Shown here: one piece after another, positions 25,935-32,000 of the stretch
Layout: each line of letters opens with the position of its first letter
Position numbering within the stretch: the stretch's first letter is position 1
Origin: Megasphaera elsdenii DSM 20460
GTDB lineage: Bacteria > Bacillota > Negativicutes > Veillonellales > Megasphaeraceae
DNA: 32,000 nt
Direction of reading: 5' to 3'
Assembly (NCBI RefSeq): GCF_003010495.1
Contig: NZ_CP027570.1
Span: 1,680,001-1,712,000, forward strand
Translations under genes and position numbers: made by a program
The notes under the pieces: model-generated
Database searches by the model: none
Told to the model about the DNA's origin: nothing
The model's input: only the letters and a program-made list of their open reading frames with translations

Positions 25935-27221
25935 TTAGATGGTTGCCAGTGCTTTTTCAACAGCAGCGAGGAGGTCTTCGATGTTTTCCAGGCCTACAGA
26001 GATACGGATCGTGCCCGGTGTGATACCGCAGGCGCGCTGTGCTTCTTCCGAAAGCTGCTGATGTGTCGTCGAAGCCGGATGAACGAGGAGGGACTTGGAG
26101 TCGCCGACGTTAGCCAGGTCGGAGAAGATGTCCGCATTGTCAATGAATTTACGGGCAGCTGCATAGCCGTCTTTCAATTCAAAGGAGAAAATCGAACCGG
26201 TTCCCTTGGGGAAGTATTTCTGAGCCAGTTTGTAGTACGGCGAAGACGGAAGGGACGGATAGTTGACCTTAGCGACTTTCGGATGATTTTCAAGGAAGTC
26301 TGCAATCTTCTGAGCGTTAGCGACGTGGCGTTCGATGCGAAGGGACAAGGATTCGAGGCCCTGGATGAGGAGCCATGCATTGAACGGGCTGATGCAAGCA
26401 CCGAGGTCGCGGAGGGCTTTGGCGCGGATACGAGTTACGAAGCCAGCACCGGGGATATCCTTGGCGAAGTTAACGCCGTTGTAGGATTCGTCAGGCGAAG
26501 CAAATTCTTTGAAGCGGCCGGAACCAGCCCAGTCGAATTTGCCGTTTTCAACGATGAGGCCGCCCAGGGTCGTGCCGTGGCCGCCGATGAATTTCGTAGC
26601 CGAATGGACGACGATGTCAGCACCGTGTTCGAGCGGACGGAAGAGAAACGGCGTAGCGAAGGTGTTGTCAACGATGACCGGAAGGCCGTTCTTGTGGGCG
26701 ATTTCAGCGATGGCTTCGAAGTCCGGAATGTTGATAGCCGGGTTGCCGAGGCTTTCCAGGTAAATGGCTTTCGTCTTGTCGTTGATGTATTTGGCAAAGG
26801 ACTGCGGGTCATCGGGATCGGCGAAGTGCGTCGTAATGCCGAGGTGTTTGAATGTTTCACTGAACAGTTCGACTGTGCCGCCGTACAGCGTCGGAGCAGC
26901 GATGATTTCGTCACCGGCACCGGCAAGGTTGATAATGGAGTACGCAATGGCCGATGCGCCGCTGGCCGTAGCCAAGCCAGCTGTGCCGCCTTCCAGGGCT
27001 GCAATACGTTTTTCCAAGACGTCTTGCGTCGGGTTGGTCAAACGGCTGTAGATGTAGCCAGCGTCTTTCAAAGCAAAGCGGTCTTCAGCCTGCTGGGTAT
27101 CTTTGAAAACATAAGATGTCGTCTGATAAATAGGAACGGCGCGGGCACCCGTTGCCGGATCCGGTACCTGACCTGCATGCTGCTGTAATGTTTCAAATTT
27201 GTAGTTAGTGTTTTCGCTCAT
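25935..27221 (-). CDS. metY: O-acetylhomoserine sulfhydrylase / aminocarboxypropyltransferase (PLP-dependent)
   Basis: Starts [18 protein letters not shown]. Shows the pattern [19 protein letters not shown] (PLP lysine). Start refined from track ORF 27347 to ATG 27221 (AGGGGGA RBS), because upstream codons fall inside the T-box leader and its terminator. Confidence 0.9.
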   Translation of the reverse strand: MSENTNYKFETLQQHAGQVPDPATGARAVPIYQTTSYVFKDTQQAEDRFALKDAGYIYSRLTNPTQDVLEKRIAALEGGTAGLATASGASAIAYSIINLAGAGDEIIAAPTLYGGTVELFSETFKHLGITTHFADPDDPQSFAKYINDKTKAIYLESLGNPAINIPDFEAIAEIAHKNGLPVIVDNTFATPFLFRPLEHGADIVVHSATKFIGGHGTTLGGLIVENGKFDWAGSGRFKEFASPDESYNGVNFAKDIPGAGFVTRIRAKALRDLGACISPFNAWLLIQGLESLSLRIERHVANAQKIADFLENHPKVAKVNYPSLPSSPYYKLAQKYFPKGTGSIFSFELKDGYAAARKFIDNADIFSDLANVGDSKSLLVHPASTTHQQLSEEAQRACGITPGTIRISVGLENIEDLLAAVEKALATI

Positions 27222-27285
27222 AATACATTTCCCCCTAATATTGTAAAATATATATAATGTAATATAAACTTGAAAGCCTTGTAAC

Positions 27286-27560
27286 AAAAAAAGCTTCCGT
27301 CCCAAGTAAGGGACGGAAGCACCGTGATACCACCCAATTTCACCCATCCTTCACAAGATGAGCCTCTTCAGGTACGCAGGCAGATGAGCCTTCAATACCA
27401 TAGTGCTGTAACGGGCACGCCCGGATGGCCTAACTGTTCGACCAATCTGCTCGGAGTCCATCTTCCACGATGACCCTTGCATTCCCTTTCACCAAATGGG
27501 AACTCTCTGTGCCAATTCCTATCGTGTACTCTTCTCTTCATTGCAACACTATCAAGTTGT
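27286..27560 (-). promoter_or_regulatory. T-box riboswitch leader, probable Met (AUG) specifier, controlling metY-metA
   Basis: On the minus strand: stem I with AGAGAAGAGTA, ACAGAGAG and GGTGAAAG. The helix CACGAT/ATCGTG is followed by GAAG-AUG-G (AUG at 27459-27461). T-box motif AAATTGGGTGGTATCACGG lies at 27322-27340. Terminator is GCTTCCGTCCC-ttactt-GGGACGGAAGC plus TTTTTTT (27286-27320). Confidence 0.8.
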
Positions 27561-27567
27561 TGACGTA

Positions 27568-27596
27568 AGTCTACCATCAAAAATGCACTTTGTCAA
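27568..27596 (-). promoter_or_regulatory. Promoter of the T-box-metY-metA transcript
   Basis: Minus strand TTGACA (27591-27596), 17-nt spacer, TAGACT (27568-27573). Confidence 0.55.
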
Positions 27597-27720
27597 ATGA
27601 TTTTCGCAAAAAAGTATAGAAAAAAATACGTTAAACGTTATATCATTCAGCGAAACATAACGGATGATGGAACTGCGTATAATAAGCCTATGCTTTCATG
27701 CACAGTCTCTTTTTTGGAGT

Positions 27721-27749
27721 TTGAAAAAACAAATTGACAATGTTATACT
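27721..27749 (+). promoter_or_regulatory. Candidate promoter upstream of the cas3 relic
   Basis: TTGAAA (27721-27726), 17-nt spacer, TATACT (27744-27749). Confidence 0.4.
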
Positions 27750-27794
27750 CTAATTATGAGTTAACGGAATTTGATTATAGATAGGAAACGCAGC

Positions 27795-28417
27795 ATGAAT
27801 CAGACTGAAAAATGTTTATCCTTTCTTTGGGCGAAAAAAAGGAACAAAGTGGTCAGTTTTTTTGGTTGCCTCTCACACTGCATTTGAAAGATACTATGGG
27901 GGTCATGAAGTTCTTGTGGCATCATTGGGTGAGTGAGGGACAAAGGGAAATCATTAGTCGTACATTGTCGGATACCGGAGAGGTGGCAATGGATATAGCT
28001 CGTCGTTTGGCATGTTTTTTGGCAGGAATTCATGATTTTGGCAAATGTACCCCTGCCTTTCAGACACAGAAGGGGTATCAAAATTCACCAGATTTGGATA
28101 TAGCACTTCTGAATCGCTTGGAACAGGCCGGACTCACAGGCATTTCGTCATTGAACTTGGACATGGCTGCAAGAAAACGTTCACATCATACTGTGACGGG
28201 CGAATATCTGTTGCAATATTTCGGTGTGCAACAAGATATCGCTTCTGTCATAGGGGCACATCACGGTAAGCCTGTAGATAAAGAAGAGATCGTAACTAAG
28301 ATGAAACGTTATCCTCGGTATTGCTTTCAGGATGAAACAAAAGGCCCTTGTCAAAGATTGTGGTTAGCAATGCAGAAGAAACTCCTAGAGGGGAGCTTGG
28401 AAAATTTTCCGATAAGT
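27795..28417 (+). pseudogene. cas3: Type I-E cas3 relic: HD nuclease domain only, N-terminal frameshift in an A7 run, 3' end replaced by a CRISPR repeat
   Basis: Frame 0 from ATG 27795 gives MNQTEKCLSFLWAKK. After the A7 run (27834-27840), frame 2 continues KEQSGQFFWLPLTLHLKDT..GIHDFGKCTPAFQ..SHHTVTGEY..GAHHGKP, the Cas3 HD motifs seen in E. coli YgcB. The sequence becomes a CRISPR repeat at 28418, and no helicase domain follows. Confidence 0.75.
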
Positions 28418-28801
28418 GTCTTTCCCGCACGAGCGGGGGTGATCCCCGATGTACATGACACCGCCAGTTTTGTTATCTCCAAAATAGATACCATAATTGG
28501 GAGTGCCATCGGAATTGATATAGGGTTTACCCAGGTTATCGTTTACATTTTGCAGGAAGTCACGTATACTTATATTAGAGCCAATTGTTGGTACTGGCCA
28601 CGGAGGCGTCACCTCATTAGAGTGTGAATCCGTGGAGGTACTGCCAATGATTGGTTCTTTTTCATTTGATATATCATAAGCTCTAAATTGGGTATATTCT
28701 CCATCTTCAACACTAAAGCGTCTTTCCCGCACGAGCGGGGGTGATCCTGACTATCCAGATGCGACATTGTGTACGTGCTGGTCTTTCCCGCACGAGCGGG
28801 G
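28418..28801 (+). CRISPR. Residual type I-E-like CRISPR array: 3 repeats, one 274-bp and one 33-bp inter-repeat segment
   Basis: GTCTTTCCCGCACGAGCGGGGGTGATCC occurs at 28418-28445 and 28720-28747, identical in both. A third copy at 28781-28801 is conserved for 21 nt and then diverges, like a terminal degenerate repeat. The repeat has the CCCGC-acga-GCGGG Cas6e-type hairpin. Confidence 0.8.
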
Positions 28802-28920
28802 CAACAATTCACAGAAGCTGCCGCATTATGCAGTTGTTTGCTTAATGCGACAGTCTGTTTTTGCCGCGTAGAGAAATACGGAATTATTTTTGAAAGAGCA
28901 AAGTGGAAGCCGTCCGAATA

Positions 28921-29970
28921 TTACAAGTCATGCGGCTGCAGGCAGGCGATGAGGCTGTCTGTGTCTTTTTTTGTCGTAGCCCAGCTAGTGGCCAGGCGGA
29001 TAATGGTATGGTCGGCATCGTAGGGTTCCCAGCGGCTGAAGGCGACGGTATGGCTTAACGCCTCGATTTTTTGGTTGTCCATGATGACGAAAATTTGATT
29101 GGTCACGGTGGGGATATAGAAAGTATATCCGGCTGCTTTCAAAGCCTGGCGGATGACATTGGCGCTTTCAATGGCTGGACGCCCGATTCGTTCGTAGAGG
29201 CCGTCGCTGAACAAGACATCGAATTGTGTACCCAACAGCCAGCCCTTAGCCAGCAAGGCGCCGTGTTGTTTGATGGTTGTAAAGAAGTGAGGAATCCGTC
29301 CCTTTTGAGGGATGACGACAGCTTCTCCGATGAGGGCACCACATTTTGTTCCGCCAATATAGAAGACTGTACAGGATGCGGCTAAATCGGCCAGGGTGAT
29401 ATCGTTTTCCGGGGCCGCTAGGGCATAGGCCAGGCGGGCTCCGTCCACGTAGAGCGGCAGGTCGTATTGGCGACAGGTTTCGGCTAAAGCCAACAATTCT
29501 TGTTTTGTGTACAGCGTGCCATATTCTGTCGGATGGGAAATATAGACCATGCCGGGTTGTACCATGTGTTCGTTGTTAGCATCAGCCCTAAAGGTTTCCA
29601 TGAACTGTCGGACTGTGGAGGCTAGCAATTTTCCTTGTGTCTGCGGCAGCTGAATGACTTTGTGCCCCGTGTATTCGATGGCACCGGCTTCATGGATGCT
29701 GACATGTCCCGTCGTGGCGGCGAGAACACCTTCGTAGCGGTGTAACAGGGCATCGATGACGATGGCATTGGTCTGGGTACCACCGTTGAGAAAATAGATT
29801 TCTCCGTCGGGGCAGTGGCAGGCTTGTCGTATTTTGTCCTTGGCGCTGGTACTGATTTTATCGGTGCCGTACCCGCTTTGGGCTGTAAAATTCATGGCTG
29901 TCAATTTTTCTAAGATAGCCGGATATGTGCCTTCCATATAGTCTGAGGCGAATGGTAATAAAGTAGTCAT
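28921..29970 (-). CDS. Threonine aldolase-family PLP-dependent lyase (beta-eliminating lyase fold)
   Basis: 349 aa: FASDYMEGTYPAILEKL..LNGGTQTN..GHVSIHEAGAIE..MVYISHPTEYGT..YVDGARL..FYIGGTKCGA (PLP lysine), the pattern of low-specificity L-threonine aldolases of Firmicutes. Confidence 0.7.
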   Translation of the reverse strand: MTTLLPFASDYMEGTYPAILEKLTAMNFTAQSGYGTDKISTSAKDKIRQACHCPDGEIYFLNGGTQTNAIVIDALLHRYEGVLAATTGHVSIHEAGAIEYTGHKVIQLPQTQGKLLASTVRQFMETFRADANNEHMVQPGMVYISHPTEYGTLYTKQELLALAETCRQYDLPLYVDGARLAYALAAPENDITLADLAASCTVFYIGGTKCGALIGEAVVIPQKGRIPHFFTTIKQHGALLAKGWLLGTQFDVLFSDGLYERIGRPAIESANVIRQALKAAGYTFYIPTVTNQIFVIMDNQKIEALSHTVAFSRWEPYDADHTIIRLATSWATTKKDTDSLIACLQPHDL

Positions 29971-30087
29971 AATGGGTCCTCCTTTTTGTCGAGTCCTTTA
30001 CGGATGACCTCATTATAAGCTACAATAGGATAATGACACAAACGGTGATTTAGCATGTATGTCATGACGAAATGGGTGAATGAGTAT

Positions 30088-30972
30088 ATGGATAGTGTGA
30101 AATGCCAGGCTTTGCTCTTGGCGATTCAATATGGCAGTTTGACAGCGGCTGGCAAGGAACTGGGCTATACGCAGTCGGGGATGACCCGCATGATCCGCTC
30201 GCTGGAGAAGGAAATCGGCTTCCCGCTGCTCGTGCGCAATAAGCAGGGCGTCCGGCCGTCGGCCAATGGCCTGCAGATGGTGCCGGTTTTTCAGGAAGTC
30301 GTCCGGGCTTCGCAAAAGGCCGCCGACTTGGGGGCGGCCATCCAGGGGGTCCTGGCCGGCGTCCTCAATATTGGCAGTTATTATAGTGTCGCTGCGGCGT
30401 GGCTGCCGGCGATTTTGCGCCATTTCCAGACCCAGTATCCTAAGGTGGAGATTCATTTGTTGGAAGGGACGAATCAGGAGCTGGCCCAGTGGATTAATGA
30501 AAAGGCCGTCGACTGCTGTCTGGCCGCCAAGCCCGGAGGGGATGTGGCCTATGATTGGATTCCTTTGAAAGACGATGAGCTCGTCGTCTGGCTGCCGCCG
30601 GATCATCCTTGGACGGCAGAAAAGGAGATTCCCGTAGAATGGTTGAACGGCGCGCCTTTCGTCATCCCTCTGCCAGATCACGATACGGATATCGACCGTT
30701 TCCTGGCAGCTAAGCAGGTGCAGCCCGATATCCGTTTCACGACGACCGATCCGTACACGGCGTACTGCATGGTCGAAGAAGGCCTGGGAATCAGCATCAA
30801 TAACCGCTTGACGACGGAGAAGTGGACTGGCCGCGTCGAACTCCGGCCTTTGGCCCCGGCTCAGTCGATTTCGCTGGGCCTGGCCGTCCCGGATATTCAG
30901 GAAATGTCACCGGCGGCGAGCAAGTTCGTTGCCCAGGTCTGGCAGATTGTCAACGGCAAGACGGAAAAATAG
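30088..30972 (+). CDS. LysR-family transcriptional regulator
   Basis: N-terminal HTH (MDSVKCQALLLAIQYGSLTAAGKELGYTQSGMTRMIRSLEKEIGFPLLVR) plus a LysR substrate-binding domain. Divergent from the aldolase-like gene. Start refined to ATG 30088. Confidence 0.85.
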   Translation: MDSVKCQALLLAIQYGSLTAAGKELGYTQSGMTRMIRSLEKEIGFPLLVRNKQGVRPSANGLQMVPVFQEVVRASQKAADLGAAIQGVLAGVLNIGSYYSVAAAWLPAILRHFQTQYPKVEIHLLEGTNQELAQWINEKAVDCCLAAKPGGDVAYDWIPLKDDELVVWLPPDHPWTAEKEIPVEWLNGAPFVIPLPDHDTDIDRFLAAKQVQPDIRFTTTDPYTAYCMVEEGLGISINNRLTTEKWTGRVELRPLAPAQSISLGLAVPDIQEMSPAASKFVAQVWQIVNGKTEK

Positions 30973-31001
30973 GAGTTTCCTCTCTATAGCAGAAAAAAAG
31001 C

Positions 31002-31030
31002 TTGACAAGGTATGCCTAAATCTGTAAAAT
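31002..31030 (+). promoter_or_regulatory. Strong sigma-70-like promoter of rplM-rpsI
   Basis: TTGACA (31002-31007), 17-nt spacer, TAAAAT (31025-31030). Confidence 0.6.
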
Positions 31031-31036
31031 AAATAG

Positions 31037-31126
31037 GTAAGCTTTTCACTTGGACTCCACTTAGCCCCGGAGAAAGAGCACCAAAAGCTTGGTCAGTTAG
31101 TTAAATTCAGGGAGGAATTACACAGC
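31037..31126 (+). promoter_or_regulatory. Structured 5' UTR of rplM (candidate L13 autoregulatory leader)
   Basis: An 8-bp long-range helix AAGCTTTT (31039-31046) / AAAAGCTT (31083-31090) encloses 36 nt upstream of the GGGAGG RBS. Confidence 0.3.
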
Positions 31127-31567
31127 ATGAAAACTACATTTATGGCTAATGCAGGCAACATCGAACGTAAATGGTTTGTTGTTGATGCTGAAGGCCAGAC
31201 ATTAGGCCGTCTTGCTGCCGAAGTAGCTAAAATTCTTCGGGGAAAACATAAACCTACTTTTACCCCGCATGTTGATACAGGCGATTATGTAATCGTAGTA
31301 AACGCAGCAAAGGTTAAATTAACAGGTAAGAAATTAATCCAGAAAACCTATTTCCATCATTCCGGTTATCCCGGTGGAGCTAAATTCACTCAGGCCGGTC
31401 ATATGCTCGAAGCACGTCCGGAACGCGTTGTTGAAATGGCAGTTCGCGGCATGCTCCCGAAAAATAAATTGGGTGAACAGATGTATCGTAAACTGAACGT
31501 TTATGCAGGTGCCGAACATCCGCATCAGGCTCAGAAACCTGAAGTTTTGAAGTTAAACATTCGCTAA
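31127..31567 (+). CDS. rplM: 50S ribosomal protein L13
   Basis: [38 protein letters not shown], the canonical L13 sequence. Confidence 0.95.
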   Translation: MKTTFMANAGNIERKWFVVDAEGQTLGRLAAEVAKILRGKHKPTFTPHVDTGDYVIVVNAAKVKLTGKKLIQKTYFHHSGYPGGAKFTQAGHMLEARPERVVEMAVRGMLPKNKLGEQMYRKLNVYAGAEHPHQAQKPEVLKLNIR

Positions 31568-31589
31568 TTAATACCGGGAGGAAGATTTC

Positions 31590-31982
31590 ATGGCAGTAGC
31601 ACAGTACTACGGCACTGGCCGTAGAAAGACATCCGTTGCTAGAGTTCGTCTGGTTCCGGGTCAGGGTAACATCACAGTCAACAAAAAAGAATTGAATGAA
31701 TATTTCGGTCGTAAGACACTGGAATTGGTTATTAGACAGCCGCTCGTACTTACTGGCGTAAACGAACAGTATGACGTCATTGCTGACGTTAAAGGCGGTG
31801 GCCCGTCCGGCCAGGCCGGCGCAATCCGTCACGGCATCAGCCGTGCCCTTTTGGAAGTCGACGGCGATTTCCGTCAGGCTCTCAAAAAAGCTGGTTTCCT
31901 CACACGCGACCCGCGTGAAAAAGAACGCCGTAAATACGGTCTCAAGAAAGCTCGTAAGGCTTCCCAGTTCTCGAAACGTTAA
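31590..31982 (+). CDS. rpsI: 30S ribosomal protein S9
   Basis: [58 protein letters not shown], the canonical S9 sequence. Confidence 0.95.
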   Translation: MAVAQYYGTGRRKTSVARVRLVPGQGNITVNKKELNEYFGRKTLELVIRQPLVLTGVNEQYDVIADVKGGGPSGQAGAIRHGISRALLEVDGDFRQALKKAGFLTRDPREKERRKYGLKKARKASQFSKR

Positions 31983-32000
31983 TCTTTTTTCAAGAGATTT

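Noticed and set aside
26061-27188. 375-aa plus-strand ORF overlapping metY. The same judgement applies to other long antisense ORFs: 1440..2153, 5706..6308, 12062..12850, 13012..13689, 17324..18199, 22615..23442 and 30013..30681
   Set aside because: All lie opposite confidently identified genes, mostly in the in-register shadow frame. They have no RBS or motif support and show skewed amino-acid composition.
27392-27580. 62-aa minus-strand ORF upstream of metY, and the N-terminal extension of track ORF 25935..27347
   Set aside because: Both fall inside the T-box leader RNA, covering stem I, the T-box sequence and the terminator. The real metY start is ATG 27221, which has its own RBS.
27222-27600. 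SAM-I (S-box) riboswitch upstream of metY
   Set aside because: The leader instead contains the T-box consensus AAATTGGGTGGTA and stem I features. No S-box four-way junction motifs were seen.
27627-27642. Direct repeat ACGTTA-A-ACGTTA (each half part of an AACGTT palindrome) between the T-box promoter and the cas3 relic
   Set aside because: It is too short and sits in AT-rich DNA, so it is easily a chance occurrence. There is no second copy and no positional logic relative to either promoter.
28385-28732. 115-aa minus-strand ORF spanning the 274-bp inter-repeat segment, considered as an intact gene
   Set aside because: Its start (MRERR) and its end (GDHPRSCGKDT…) are translations of CRISPR repeats, and it has no RBS. 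The interior is probably a fragment of a foreign gene and is reported as a finding, but it is not a functional CDS here.
29971-30087. LysR T-N11-A operator in the aldolase/LysR divergent region (TTAT-N13-ATAA around 30012-30040)
   Set aside because: The spacing does not fit the T-N11-A rule, and the inverted repeat is only 4 bp per arm in AT-rich sequence. This is not enough evidence to call a binding site.

Overview
This 32-kb chromosomal window holds mostly housekeeping genes with strong GC3 codon bias. Gene content and order (rpmE-DUF1385-prfA-prmC-tsaC-rpiB-upp, nrdDG, metY-metA behind a T-box, rplM-rpsI) suggest a Firmicute, possibly a Negativicute such as Megasphaera; this is inference and cannot be verified here. 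I call 29 CDS (one is a 54-aa ORF absent from the ORF track), 2 tRNAs, 2 clear pseudogene relics, a 3-repeat CRISPR remnant, a Met-type T-box leader, several sigma-70-like promoters and intrinsic terminators, and three intergenic repeat families. I cannot support an intact novel multi-gene system. The most unusual observations are as follows. (1) A relic type I-E CRISPR-Cas locus has a Cas3 HD-domain stub fused directly to a CRISPR repeat, and two perfect repeats are separated by 274 bp of foreign-looking, coding-like DNA instead of a 33-bp spacer. (2) An orphan ThiS-like/ThiF-like E1 fusion gene is preceded by an unannotated, independently terminated 54-aa GGCCG-motif ORF and by a promoter that fires into a terminator-like hairpin. 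(3) REP/REPIN-like GTAG-headed palindromic elements occur at two loci. (4) A second double-hairpin element with duplicated SD-like arms occurs twice. (5) A perfect (TGGCTAG)x7 microsatellite follows a stop codon. (6) A heavy-metal P-type ATPase has lost its whole catalytic core. All start-codon refinements, product names and regulatory calls come from reading the sequence and ORF translations by eye; no database search was possible.
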